Assembly (NCBI GenBank): GCA_951406725.2
Contig: OX597824.1
Span: 99,324,001-99,388,000 of the forward strand
From: Octopus vulgaris
Taxonomy: Eukaryota
Direction: 5' to 3'
Length of the DNA: 64,000 bases
Below are positions 43,960-57,230 of this stretch, piece by piece. Every line of letters starts with the position of its first letter. Position 1 is the stretch's first letter. The notes under the pieces are model-generated. The model had not been told where the DNA came from. It ran no database searches and worked only from the letters and a program-made list of their open reading frames with translations. The translations under genes were made by a program, and so were the position numbers.

Positions 43960-44178
43960 ATCCTTCCTACTGTAGGCACAAGGCCTGAAATTTGGGGGAA
44001 GGAGGCAGTCAATTACATTGACCCCAGTACATGACTGGTACTTATTTTATCAACCCTGAAAGGGTGAAAGGCAAAGTTGGCTTCAGCAGAATTCAAACTC
44101 AAAAAGTAAAGACGGGCAAAATACTGCAAAGCATTTTGCCCGGTGTGTTAATGGTTTTGCAAGCTCGCTGCCTTAACA
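43960..44178 (-). mobile_element. SINE family A (reverse)
   Basis: Reverse complement of the 4457-4655 type unit. Confidence 0.75.
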
Positions 44179-44302
44179 GTAAGAATAACAATAATAATAA
44201 TAGTAATAATTCCAAACACAAAAACATTTATCATCAAATTACAGAATGAATATCAATAGAATGGAAGAGAGTGTTTTTAGATGAGCTCCTCATCACACAC
44301 AC

Positions 44303-44524
44303 CTCCGCCAGCTCCGGTGCCACCACCTCGCATACTGCCCCCATTTCCACTGCTCCCACTACTGCCGGTTCCAGTGCGGCCGATACTTGATGTGTTCCCA
44401 GTGCTTCCCGGACTGGCACTGCTGCGTTTGGTGAAGCCACTTCCAAACGATGTACCATTCAATGCGGCGCCATAATTGTCAGCTGTCCGGTACTCACGGC
44501 CACTGGAGAAAGCCGAGTAATTGC
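44303..44524 (-). CDS. CAPRIN1: Caprin-1 exon (G/S-rich)
   Basis: tgtag|gc...g|gtgtgt. Translates NYSAFSSGREYRTADNYG...GFTKRSS...MRGGGTGAGG. Confidence 0.82.
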
Positions 44525-44733
44525 CTACACATGACCGGAAGAGAAACAGTGATGTCATTAGAGACTACACAGAACTACAGATACATGTATACAGCGGACG
44601 TTAAACGGTGATGATGATATATACACACACATATACACAAACATATATACACACACACACACCTACACATACCTTTACAAGTACATATACATATGTATAC
44701 ACACATAAACAAATACTATATATATATATATAT

Positions 44734-44773
44734 ATCTTGGCTTGCTTGCCCTCTTCAATCTGTATGTTATATA

Positions 44774-44841
<68 letters not shown>

Positions 44842-44874
44842 CATACAGATTGAAGAGGGCAAGCAAGCCAAGAT
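44734..44874. repeat. Perfect inverted repeat with microsatellite loop
   Basis: ATCTTGGCTTGCTTGCCCTCTTCAATCTGTATGTTATATATATA and its exact reverse complement. Confidence 0.93.
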
Positions 44875-46485
44875 TTTGAAGTCACTTACAAACTTTTCCA
44901 TGCAAAAATTAACATACACTCTACAAAAACATTGAGTGATCCTTCGGGTTCATGTTAGATTGTTCTTCATAAAGACAAAGTGTGTGTATGTATGAATATA
45001 TATACATACATACATACACACACATCATGTATATATACATACATATACATAAACAATATATACATTCACACATGGATTATATATACACACAGACATGCAT
45101 TAAATATATATATATATACACACACATACACATCAGTATATTCATATATGTGAAAACATATGACACACACACGCATTTATACATGTTGACAATATACTGC
45201 AATCATTTAAGCATGAATAACAGACAAGTTTGGATAAGTTTACAAAGGACATTGTTAAAGGAGGAGGAGGAAAAGAGAAACTGCAACCAAATGACTTGTG
45301 ATTGCAGCTGATTTTTGTGTGACTGTTTCTAAAACTGGTCTGGGTCATTAGGTCCACAAGATTTCATTCCAGAATTTTCTCATGGTTTTTCGAATTGAGT
45401 CACAAAACCAATTCCAAATCGTGAACTTTGCAAGTTTTTGTTCAGTTTTATATTAGAAAATCAAGAGTAATATTCATTTATATTGCAACTTGGATAGAAA
45501 TTGTATCAGAAGATTTCTAACAACATAGTTGAAGGAGGGGCAGCACCCGACTCCCAAAACTGTGTTGTCCTTCATAAAGATCTGTGTCTGCAGGAAAGGA
45601 ACTCAATGTTCAGGTCACTAAGTCCACAGACATTAAGAATGAAGTGAGGAGAGATGATGATGATGATGGCAGTCAGTTGATGAAGTGGAGTTAGGCAGAC
45701 GACTGGTGAAATAAGTAAAAAAAATGGTAACAGAATCAGGTGAGAAAACAACACAATTTGGATCTGGCTGTAAAACCTTGTATTCAACCATGACAATGCA
45801 ATGATTTAACAAAAATATTCACAAAATAGAAACAAATGCACCTGATGTTGTCTTCATAAAAATAGAGAACATCAATATTTTTTGTTTTTTGTTTACACTT
45901 ATTAGAAAAAGCGATGGAGCTGATAGTGTGTTGACTGAAGACAGAGTAGAGTTTATATATCACATGGCAAGTCAATAATTAATCAATCATGCTGTTGTTG
46001 TTGTTGTAAGGTGTCTTGTTATAAACATTCCGACCAAAAAGAGAGAGAGGTGTTGGTTGGTTGAAGGCCTTCACTGGTGTCATCATCACAATCATCATCA
46101 TTGTTTTAATGTTGGCTTTCCATGCTGAGACGGCTTGGGTGGTTTTCAATGAGAACAGGGTCCAATCTGATTTGGCATGGTTTCTACAGCTGGATGTCCT
46201 CCCTAACGCCAACCACTTTTATGTGCCACCAGCACAGGACCCACTCGAATGGTGCATTTTACAAGCCAACGGCACAGGTGCCAGTCGAGTGGCACTGACA
46301 TTGGCTGAAGAAAACTATGAATTGATTATGTTGGTGATGATGATGATTATGTTGGTGATAATGAAATCTGAGTTGATGTATTTAACTACCTGTTTATAGA
46401 GAGTGAAAGATAATAGAGATTGTAATTAACACATCAATCATTAAGGTAACAAATTAAACCAGCCCAAAAATGAGAAGATACTTAC

Positions 46486-46659
46486 TCCTGGTGTATGCTC
46501 CTCGACTGCCACCACCACCACCGCCACTTCCTCCACTACTACTACCACTACTGTTCCGATTAAAGCCGTTGTTTAAACCACTTCGACTGCCTCTGTTACC
46601 ACGATAATTACGATTCTGAAAGCTTCCTCTTGGGAAATATCCAGGAGAATAACTGTTTC
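46486..46659 (-). CDS. CAPRIN1: Caprin-1 exon (RG/G-rich)
   Basis: tttcag|ga...a|gtaagt. Translates NSYSPGYFPRGSFQNRNYRGNRGSRSGLNNGFNRN...SRGAYTR. Confidence 0.88.
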
Positions 46660-47159
46660 CTGAAATTAGACAGTAATTAAGCAATTTTATCAACAGTCAA
46701 TTTTATCTGAAACAAAATTACTTCCCAGTTACATTAACTTAGATTTGTGCCGTGTCATAAGTTCTGATCAGAAATATTCATTATCAGCTGGGAAAGAGAG
46801 AGGAATCTATGAGAAAGAAGTTTTTAAGCTGATTGTTGTAAGTGTGAATATTGTGGTGGATAATGGGATTTAAAGGCACAAAACCACTCCTGGGAGTTGA
46901 ACTCTTTGCCTTCGAATAAACCCAAAACTTAATTCATTAAAAATGAACAAAATTTCATGAAACATTCGTTTCCCTCTTTTCAACCCTTTAAATTCATTTG
47001 GGAGTCAGGTGTGTTATTTTTGTTGCTCAGGCCCTGATCCACTAAATCTAGGTTGTAGTCATTGCCACCCTTACAATTACATTTTTTAACTTACTCTTCT
47101 TATTTTTAAGATATTATAGGCTATATCAGAGAGGTTTGGCTGCTATTCTGTTATGTTAC

Positions 47160-47201
<42 letters not shown>

Positions 47202-47334
47202 CTGCTTAAATGCACTCAAATTCAATGTTCTTGTTAATATTATTAAAAGTAGTCGTAGTAATAGTAACTAAACCCAATATTATTAACATGATCTGTAAAA
47301 ATAACGAGGGATGAATAATTATATAAAATGAAAT

Positions 47335-47690
47335 GATTGGCTGTAGAGGTAAGGAGCCTGTTTGCCAACCATGTGGTTTGAAGTTCAGTCCTACTGTGTA
47401 GCACCTTGAGCAAGTGTTTTAGGCCTGAACCAACCAAAGCCTTGTGAGTGGATCTGGAAGAGGGAAACTAAAAAAAAGCCCTTTGTTTTTGTGTGTGTTG
47501 TGTTTGTCCCCCCCCCCATCACTGCTTCACAATCAGCATTGGTTTGTTTACATCCCAATAACTTAATAGTTAGGCAAAAAAGACAGAATAAGCACCAAAC
47601 TTTAAAATATGTCACTTTCTTAGATTAAACCCTTTAATGTAGTGCTCCAGCCTGACCACTGTCCAATGATTGAAGCATGTAAAAGACAAA
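47335..47690 (+). mobile_element. SINE family B, diverged
   Basis: Collinear with 21755-22170. Confidence 0.75.
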
Positions 47691-48599
47691 ACACCTTTCA
47701 ATCCTCAACATATTCCAGACAAGCAAAAGTCCGATGGCGATGACAGGATGCAATGAGCCAGAAGACTGCAGGGAGCTCCAGTGTCTGCATTGGGATGCCC
47801 TTCCTAACACCAACCGTTTCACAGCATGTACAAGGGGCTTTCCTCAATGAATTTGCCAAGTAAGCCACAAGACAAGGAAAAAGACCCTTCGAGTGAGTGG
47901 GGTTATAGCAAAAAGTGAAGTGGCTTTATGCCTGTCATAGACAGGCTAAAGTATGAAAGAGGGACAAGTAGAGGTATTTTGCTGCAGAGAAGCTGCTTGG
48001 ATACTCTGCCTTAGATAAGGGTGAGTGAGAGTAACTGGGAAGAGAGATAGAGGATGGTAGTGACAAGGGGTCAGTGCACACACTCAAGGCACAAGGTGAA
48101 GAGGAGAGAGAATATGAACAGAGGAACATATGTGGGGAGATAAGTTCATTTGAGAGAGATGGGAGGTGAATGTAGTAAAAGGAACAAGGGTGGAGGGATG
48201 GTCAATGGTAAACATTAATGAGAAACAGGGGCAGCTAAGGAGGAAGGGTGAGATAAGAAGCAGTACAGGTAGAGTGGAGAGCAGCAGTATAAGCCTGTAG
48301 ATAGATCAGAAAATAAAGGGGCTGCGAGTGATGAGGATTTGATGTATAAGGGAGTATATATAGAGATGGGGACAGTGAACTGTAGATATAAAAGGGTAAT
48401 GAAAATGATAGCAGATATGGTAGGGTGTTAAAGATATGGCAATCCTAAGATCTCAGGAGAGAGAAAGAGATACCTTGAAACACAGAAAAGGGTGAGCAGT
48501 AGAAAATAAAGCAGAAATGGATGATGTTGAAATTGAGAGATGGAGTTAAAATGAAAGGGTTCTAAAGAGAGTGAGGAGTAACTGGCAGCATCATAGTCA

Positions 48600-49930
48600 A
48601 TTGTTAATAAAGGAGATGTCTTACAGAGAAGTATTTACAGGGAAATCAAATTGTTGGATCAGGTTGTGAAAGTGACAGAATTTAGTTTGGATAAGATGTT
48701 TGGTTTCTGTGTTAGCAAGAAGCAATACTGATGCCCTCCTTTTAGTAAGACAGCTAAACCATGAAGAAAGCCCTTGAAAGGATCCCTTGCTTTGTGATTT
48801 GGTTGTTAAAGAAGCTAGGGATAGACAAATGGCTTGTGAAAGCTATACAAGCTATGTACAGGAGTGGCATCAGTCAGGGGAGATTTAGCAAAGAGCACAA
48901 TAATGCATTCAGTGTACAGGTAGTTTATTAGGGCTTGGTCCTCAGTCCCCTCCCATTCATCAGAGTCCTCCTGGATATAATAGAGAAATTTAAAACTCAC
49001 TGCCCTTAAGATCTACTGATGGTTTCATTCTTATCGCAAAATCTGTAGAAGAATTAGAAAAAGAAATATCAGGTACAGAAGCAAAAGAAATCAAATGGCC
49101 TCAAAGTTTAGCTTAAAACAAAGACCAGAATTTTAGTAAGCAGAAAAATAGTGAAGTATCTGCTTCCATCAGGAAAATGGCTCTGCCCGATATTTAATAC
49201 GTAGAAAGTATAAGTAGGAATTCCATAAGGTGTACCCAAAGCAAGCTGTGGACATACACAAGGTACAATGAAATCACAGGAAGGTTAAAGAAAGTAGTCT
49301 TTGCATGACATACAGGAAGTAAATTTTCTTGAATGCCCAGGTGAATCTTTAGAAGTAGTAGAGAATTTCTATTACCTAGATGACCTAATTAGCTGTGGGG
49401 GAGGTTCTTCTGAAAATAAAGTTGCTGGAATAAGAATAGAATGGAGAAATTTCAAAGAGCTTTTACAAAAGGTGGCAAAAGGTCTCTCTCTCTCTCAGAA
49501 TGAAAAGCAGATTGTATGATGCTTGTTGAACAGCAATGCTACATGGTAGTGAAACGTGGGCCCTGAATGCAGTGGATACGTGAAAACAAGGAGTGAAGCT
49601 AGTATGCTCTTCTGGGTGTGCAATGTCAGGGTGTACGTACAGCAAAGTGCAAATGTACTGAGAGAAAAACTGGGCATGAGGTATCAAATGTCAGGTGCAA
49701 GAGAGCCGACTGCACTAGTATGGGTGTGGGATGTATGCAGACGATGACAGGTGTATAAAGTGCTGATTGATTACAGTTAATGGAACTTGCAGAAGGAGAC
49801 CCAGGAAGATATGGGATTAAGTGGTGAAGGCTAATCTCAAGATATTGAGCCTCACAGAGGAGACAACCAACAACTGAGATGATGGCAATTTGCTGTGCAG
49901 CAGCTCAACAAGACCAGTCTGTCACAGCAA
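48600..49930 (+). mobile_element. Degraded RTE-PHD LINE
   Basis: FYYLDDLISCGGGSSENKVAGIRIEWRNFKELL, the LHGSETW-like segment and LREKLG. Confidence 0.75.
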
Positions 49931-50250
49931 AAGTGATGTCCTAAAAGCATTATATTTATGTCTATTCACTCACAGGACCTTATCCATGAGCCCAATCTGT
50001 GCCCGCAAAAAGCCCCATCTTCCATATTCCACTTCTTTAAAAAGTATGTTTATAAAATATGAATTATAACTAAACAACATTTCAATCATTCTGAACTAAA
50101 TTATGATTGTCATGTGGTGTCATTGTTGAATCTCAACCTATAACCACTAGTGCTATAAATGAAGCTATATAAACAGATATCTCAACATCAAGCCACTAAG
50201 CTTATTGCCTGATACATATCCAGATTTTAACAAAGACTGTAGCTCTTTAA

Positions 50251-51461
50251 CCCTTTCATTACTATACTTCTGGCCAAAATACACCCCTCATGAGTTTCAA
50301 TGAAATTCTAAAATAATCATGAATTTAGACTAGTTTCATTAAACAACTGTAACTTTCTTATTTATCAACATATTAATGTGATATTTGGAACATAATTAAA
50401 GAAAGGGTTCTTAATCAATTCTATTGCATAACTTTTGTCTCAAAGTGACTCTAATTACAGTTAAATCCAGGTAAACTGAGCAAGAGGTAAAAATATTAAA
50501 ATTTTGTTTAAATATCATAGAAAATTAATCATCAGCTAATATTCAATTGGGTATGCAACAAAATTTTGATATAGAAGAATTGTGCACATCACTAGATTAT
50601 CAGTTGAATTTAATGCACAACAGAACAGGTGTACCATAAAGGTGAAATAAACTGAAATACTGGAATCCACCTAAATCTACCGCAAGTTTGACTGAACTAA
50701 AAAAAATAATATACAGCCCTGGTTATGGTATGGAAGTGATAAATTCCAGACCACATCGTACCCTAGGCCATGCTGACTAACATTATTTTTCCTGTATAAA
50801 AACTAAATCCACAGCAGTACCCAGTATTTGCTTCACAAATTTTCCAAACTTTGATCCCCCATTTCGTGGCCTTTCTTGGCATATACTGTTTGTTTACATT
50901 CTGCGTAACAGTTTGGTCCGCAGTGATCGCCACAAACAAGCATACTGAAAAAAATAAAAGCCTAATGGTTTCACTCCCTAAGAAAGACTAAAGATAAACT
51001 CTATCTCCTCAGAAAAATTGCTAATAAAAACATTTTTAAAGCTTTTACTTCATTCCGATGTAAAATCGTCTTTGCTGTCACTATCGCCGCTTTCAGTTTC
51101 TTCAGAATCGCTGCTTTCAGTTTCGGAGACAGAAATATCCTATTCATTCTCGTACACCACGTGCTTTTGTACCCCATTCATTCTTTTTCTCGATATCTCC
51201 ATATTTTCTGTTGGAAACCTTTAAATTCAGAATCACTGCTTGAAAGCATCAAACTCCTATCCATTTTCAAAGTTGAAAAAAAAATCGACACCGAAAAAAT
51301 GTGGAAAAAAATCTCCCAAAATTCACGTCAAGCAACGTCGGATACTACAACTCAACTGTTTACAAAGTGAAAATCACGTATTTTCACAAATAACGATATT
51401 TGTGTTTAAATTCACATTTCAATAACAATGGGTACTCTCGGCCGGGTTAATATTGGAAGGG
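50251..51461 (-). mobile_element. Internally deleted piggyBac-type transposon
   Basis: TTAA|CCCTTTCATTA...TATTGGAAGGG|TTAA termini. A minus-strand acidic N-terminal remnant (ISVSETESSDSEETESGDSDSKDDF) is typical of piggyBac transposases. Confidence 0.75.
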
Positions 51462-51781
51462 TTAAAACTAATGTAGCAATGACATTTTCTAATCGTCACT
51501 TCCAAGTGCATTGACAATGGATAACAGACACGACTAGTCTTAGTTTATGAACAAAGGTTTCTTAGTTCAATCCAGTAAGGAAACCTGGATAAGACACAAA
51601 GATGATTCATCATCATCATTTCACATCTGTTGGAAATCAAAAGACAGTGTAGACATAAGTATTGTAAATATACAGTGTTGTGTGTGTGTGTGTGTCCGTG
51701 TGTCTGTGTGCACATACATACTCTGCTGTAACAAATCCCAGAAACCAAAGTCCAGAGATAATTTCATGAAACTTTACCAAC

Positions 51782-51956
51782 CCTGATTGTAATCTGTAGG
51801 TTGAGGTGATAACTGACTCTTCACTTCATTATTTGGGCTGGCGTCTGTATGTTGTGGCTGGAACACAGCTGCATTGGCATTCATAGATTGGAATACGGCT
51901 GCATTGGCATTTAAGTTGGTAATTTTTTTAACAGCGTGAGACTGGGAGCTAGCATC
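51782..51956 (-). CDS. CAPRIN1: Caprin-1 exon with duplicated NANAAVFQ motif
   Basis: tttccag|GAT...CAG G|gttggt. Translates DASSQSHAVKKITNLNANAAVFQSMNANAAVFQPQHTD...DYNQ. Phases 0 and 1 fit the neighbours. Confidence 0.82.
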
Positions 51957-52439
51957 CTGGAAATAATAACGTTTCTGTGAATGGTACAATTTCTGTCCTA
52001 TTCCAGTTGTGAGGAGATAAAAATATGAACAAGCTGGAGCCAGAAGTAATTAAACAGATTTACATAATTAAATATTAAGTCTCTGAATGATATGGGAAAT
52101 GGTAAATAGTGATGCTCATGCCTTTACTATAGTTATAGTCAGAATACAATGATTCCAAAGAAATTGATACTGGCCAAAATCACAAAAATAATAATTCTCA
52201 TTACATAGACTGTTCACACTCATTTTCATAATTTAAAACAAAATAAACTAATTAAAGTATAAATAGTATAATTAAACAAAGACTGGTTAAGATCTTTCTG
52301 GCTCCAAGTAGGGTAACAGTATAGTAAAGATTAGAGAGTTACCTTCACAAAGGGACTGATAGCTCCATCTGTTAACTGGAAAATTCATAAACAGGATACA
52401 TATTAATAATTCAAGAAATACTGCATGAATCGTGAAAGG

Positions 52440-52536
52440 GACAACACAATTTAAATCTACACAGGTGAAAGAGACAACACAATTTAAATCTACACAGGTG
52501 AAAGAGACAACACAATTTAAATCTACACAGGTGAAA
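52440..52536. repeat. 33-bp tandem repeat x3 (GACAACACAATTTAAATCTACACAGGTGAAAGA)
   Basis: Directly visible; unrelated in sequence to the large array. Confidence 0.9.
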
Positions 52537-53329
52537 TAAGTTCAAAAACAGTGAGGAAACAAAGTTACAATTTCAATTCCTGCCTTGGTTCTGTTCAATG
52601 TTCAATTGTTCTTGAGTAGTTCCCAAGTCTTCCTCCATTGTGTAGCACCTTGGATAAATAACTGACTTGAGCCAGTGGTGGACCAAGATCTTCATCAGGG
52701 GATGAATTTCATAGACAGGAATAGTGCAGAAGACCAACAATGTACAGACATGGGTGTACAAACATGAGTGCACACACATGCATATACATATATATAAAAC
52801 ACAAAAACATACATAAAGGAACTTGCAAGACCCTCAACCGGGAGGGTGTAGTATTTAGGAAGGGGTCTTTATGCCGGGTGATGAGAGTTAGAAATGACAA
52901 GTTTTATATGAGAGAGATATCTCACAAGAGATACATGGCTACCCCAGTTGGAAGGGAGAGAAGAGAGATGATGATGAGGTGTCAAGGCCTACTTTCAAGA
53001 TACAAAAATATAAGTTATGTGGTTAGGTAAGTTTGTAAGGCTGTGAAAAGAGAGTGATAGATGGACAGAGGGAAATTCAGTAAGTGGTGAATATGGGTGA
53101 GGGGTGTGATCAAGTATATCAGTTGGAGGGAAAAGTAGAAGAAGTAGGATTGGGCCGGTGGGGTAAAAGGTGGCAGCAAATATGATGTAAAGAGTGGGGG
53201 TGGGAGGTGGCATGCAAGAGAGATGCACAATGCAAGGGATGATATAAGGGAAGAAATGGTGAGAGACAAACAGAGCTAATGGAAAGAGAGAACTACCACA
53301 AAGGCTAACATGCAGCATTGCTTTATTGT

Positions 53330-53830
53330 TACTGCACGTCAGCCACAAAGTTTACTTTTTCTGTTAACCTTCCTGTGATTCCACAACACCTAAGTTTCCA
53401 CAGTTTGCACTGGGAACACCATATGGAATTCTTACCCACACCTTTTCTATATATTAAGGAGGGCAATTTTTCTGGAGAGGTCAGTTTTCCCAATTACTAG
53501 AATTTTGGTCTCAGCCAAGTAAACTCTGAAGGTCCTTTGATTGCAAGTTTTGATTCCACACCTAAATTTTCTTCCTTAATTCTACCATAAATTCAGTTAC
53601 AAGAACCAGGTCATACGTATAGAGGAGCGCCCAAGAGCAACCAGTTTTAAATTCCTCTGTTACAGCCTAGGGGACTCATGATAAATAAGAAGGGACTGAA
53701 GCATGGCAAACTGTACACTAAATTTGTTGCTATAGTGATTGCCAACTCTCACCTTACAGAAAGTACTCCAATACACGGGGGGGGGGGCCCTCACAAGCCA
53801 CTGGTCAATCAAATCACAATATAAAAACAC
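53330..53830 (-). mobile_element. Degraded RTE-PHD LINE fragment
   Basis: KVRVGNHYSNKFSV and KGVGKNS-like segments. Confidence 0.6.
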
Positions 53831-54469
53831 CACCAAGTAATAGGATGGTACTTCAGAAAAAAAAAGGGACCAAAACTGATCAGTTTGCAGTGAAGCAAGT
53901 TGAGTTATGGCTAACATCATAGCTTAGTGTGGAGAGTGTAAACAAGCGCATAACTGAAAAGGGCCATCAGATGGAAAGAAGGACAAACTTGGACGGTCAT
54001 CACCTTTACTAAAGGAGAGGTTATCTCCCCTCTAACAGCATCTGTCTCTACAAATCACTAACACTTGCAAGGGACACTGCAAGTAACCGTGTACTGCAAA
54101 GTCATTTTTTGACAGAACCTGGATTTCTGAAATCTAATTCAGATTTTAAATAAACAATTTTTCCACAAATCAAAATTCCATTTGAATATAATAAGAGCTT
54201 TATTTCTCTGTCCATCCATCACATTCTATTCCCCAAGTAAAATGAATCTTTAAGATTCTTATAGTCTATCGTTTTCTTCTACTCAAAAATAAACAGTAAA
54301 AATATTCTTCAAAGCTAACACAACTGAGACATTTTGGAGGAGTGGAGGAGTTTCAGTGGTTAACCTTTTTTTTTTTTTTTTAATGTCTGTACACTTTAAA
54401 TTTTGTTACTTTTCATAAAAATGTCAAATTTGAAATCAACAAAATTGTTGAGAAGAGAAATCTACTCAC

Positions 54470-55110
54470 TTGTGTTTGGTTTGGCAAGGGAATGGTCGGA
54501 ATTTCAAATGCAGGTACAGAAGTATCGTTTACAGATTGGCCAATCATAGAGTGAGTGGGTGCGCAGTCTTCCACCGAATGGAATAAAGAATCGGTGGATA
54601 AATTTTGAGAAATTGCATTCTGAGTGAATGCTTGGTTCGAGTAGTCCAGTTGTTGGCTAACCACATTGGCAGCGGCAGCGGCAGCAGCAGCAGGCGTGGT
54701 CGATAAGAGAGCTGTAGCATGGGCCTGAGCTGGATTAGCAGATGCAACATCCAGTGTCACTGCTGAATTAGGTTGCACTGATGGTGGAAGTGCTTGTTGT
54801 ACATGTTGCACGGTTGACTGAGGTGTCGATTTAATCACTGGATGATGTGAAGCAGGCACAGTTGTTGATGGTGGTGGTGGTGGTGGTGCTGGTTGATGTG
54901 GGGGTTGCTGCTGCTGCGGCTGTTGTTGTTGTTGTTGTTGTTGAGATTGTGCAGCAGCAACTGCTGCGACAGCAGCAGCAGTTTGGTCGTAGCCAGGAGC
55001 AACAAATCCTGCCTGAGTGAGACTGTTAACATCGACCGATGTATTTGGTGCATGTCGGACTGCTGGCATGGGATGAGCAGCTACTACAGCCGGGTCCATA
55101 TGTTGTGGAG
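54470..55110 (-). CDS. CAPRIN1: Caprin-1 exon (HR2, Q/P/A-rich low-complexity)
   Basis: ttgtag|ct...caa|gtgagt. MDPAVVAAHPM resembles vertebrate LDPAIVSAQPM. Contains polyQ, polyP and polyA tracts. Confidence 0.9.
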
Positions 55111-55297
55111 CTACAAAAACAATTTGACATTTTCACCAAAGTCAAAATCTTTCAAAAGCAGGAAAAATTATTCACCATTATATTCCTTTAATTAGCCAGG
55201 TTTTATCAAGGAAAATATTTTATAAGAAATAAAAAAAAGAAACCTTGGATGAGAAGATAGGAAAACTAAGAAACAATTCCTAACAACCTATTTCTGT

Positions 55298-56660
55298 GAA
55301 GGTGCATGGCTTAGTGGTTAGGGTACTCAGTTCACAATCATCAGTTTGATTCCCAGCAACAGGTTGTGTCCTTGAGCAAGACACTTTATTTCACACTAGT
55401 AGTATCACCCGGTGTTGCTTGGGTTTGTTTCGACCCTTTAGAATTGGAATTTTTGAAAAGTAAAAATTTTGCATTATGCAACTTGCTATTCTCTTCAAGT
55501 GAATATTTTTCCAGTTGAAATACACCGAAAAATGGTGACACAGCAGTCAAAAATCGTAAAAAATAGGGATTTTCATAGAAAAAAAGCACCTTTTTGATGT
55601 AAATAATTTTTGGTGTTAACATGGTCCGAATTTGAATTTTATCTTCTACAGAATGGAAGAGCAAGCCTTCTTCTATCATACTCTCAATTTTGGTCAACTT
55701 GCGCTGCAGGGTCTCGGAGGAGATAGTGTTAGTTGAAGGCTACCAAACCTGCCACACACAGACAACTTCAGCTTTATATATATAGATTTGCTACACACTA
55801 CTTTCCATCCTTAATAATGAAACTTGGTAGATCCAAAAGTTAAACACACAGACACACAAGTTGAGTTTTATATATATAGATTTCTCAACGGGGATTTCAG
55901 GGGAGAGTTTCAGGGAGTTGCTGGCAATGTATCGTGATGATCAAAAATCCGGCCTGCTAAAATTTGGTTAAAGTGATTCAAACTGCAGACTCAACGCAAA
56001 ATGATCACATTTAATTCAAAGCGTTAAAAATGTTATGAAAACAATTGGTATGTGTTCACAAAGTCCAAACGATTAATACGAAAAACCCCTCCAAGCTACA
56101 TCCCGAAAATTCATTTCTTTGCCGAATTTCTACAATGTTTACGGCGATTCGTTTTTATATCTTGATTTTTATTTTTCATGCAATTTACGCATGCTTGCAC
56201 GTGTGGTGAACACAGTTCACGTCAAACAGCTGACTGAGTAAAGTTCACTATTCAATGCTTGGGATAAGGCCTAAACAAACACATTATCGATTTTTGCACT
56301 TGCGAGATGAATTTCGGAACAGAAATAGCGCAGTTCAATTTTCATTTGCCTAAACTTTAAGTGACCCATTTTTGGTGGTTCTACGATTTGTTGGCTAGGA
56401 GGAGATGTGCCGGGAAGTTAAACACAGACACACAAGTTGGGTTTTATATATATAGATTGCTCCAGTCCACTCAACTGACAAAAATGGGTTGTGCCTTTAT
56501 TTCAAAAGGGCCAGCTTTGTCACATTCTCTGTCATGTTGAACTACATTAAGGGTATGCATGTCTGTGGAGTACTCAGCCATTTGCATATTAATTTCACAA
56601 GCAAGCTGTTCTGTTGATCGGATCAACTGGAACCCTCATCATCATAACTGATGGAATGCC
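55298..56660 (+). mobile_element. tRNA-derived SINE split by Helitron insertion
   Basis: The 5' half (GCATGGCTTAGTGGTTAGGG...GAGCAAGACACTTTATTTCACA) appears to resume at 56457 (TTGCTCCAGTCCACTCA). Confidence 0.7.
55396..56456 (-). mobile_element. Composite non-autonomous Helitron
   Basis: Minus strand starts TCTATATATATAAA and ends with a CCC...GGG hairpin then CTAG. Sits between A and T with no TSD. Confidence 0.75.
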
Positions 56661-57230
56661 ATTTCCCACATCTCACAGAACCACTCAACCATGGAAATGG
56701 TTTTCAGTATACAGCTGATCAGTATAAGCAGCAAAATACTAAACTAAATGAAAATCTAAATTCATCTTTTATAACTAATTAATTCTGATTTATAGATATT
56801 GTAATTAAGATGGCAATGATTTAGTGTTAATTTGTAAGTGAAACGAGTAGTTACGGGGTCAGTGAAAATTTAAGATGCAAATCTAACAGCAGGTCAACAC
56901 CAATCAAGCAAGACGTGATCCCAGATTTATGTTAATAATTTTGGCTTTTGTCAGTTTTATTTCATTTCACAGAAGAATTTTCTTTCTTTAATTTTCAATT
57001 TGTACTTCTTCTTTTGAATTTGAAATTTAGTTTCTACAAATATTCCCAGACCATGTTCTAACAAAACTCAGACTGCTTGAACTTAGGTTACTGCACAAAA
57101 ATAAGATATTGAACTGGATGACTGTAAGGATCTAAAATTTATGAACATCCCAAGATTGCTTCAATCAAAAAATTGAGTTGATATCATTCTCTCGTCTCTA
57201 ACGCAACTAATTTGAAGAAAACATACTTAC

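Noticed and set aside
51018-51224. Acidic minus-strand segment as a Caprin exon
   Set aside because: It lies within TTAA-bounded piggyBac termini and contains stops. The Caprin exons join in phase without it.
52035-52307. Short imperfect inverted repeat (TGGAGCCAGAA / TTCTGGCTCCA)
   Set aside because: Only about 11 bp match well, too little to call a MITE or a structure.
52440-52536. Link between this 33-mer and the large 33-mer array
   Set aside because: No sequence similarity; the equal period is probably coincidence.
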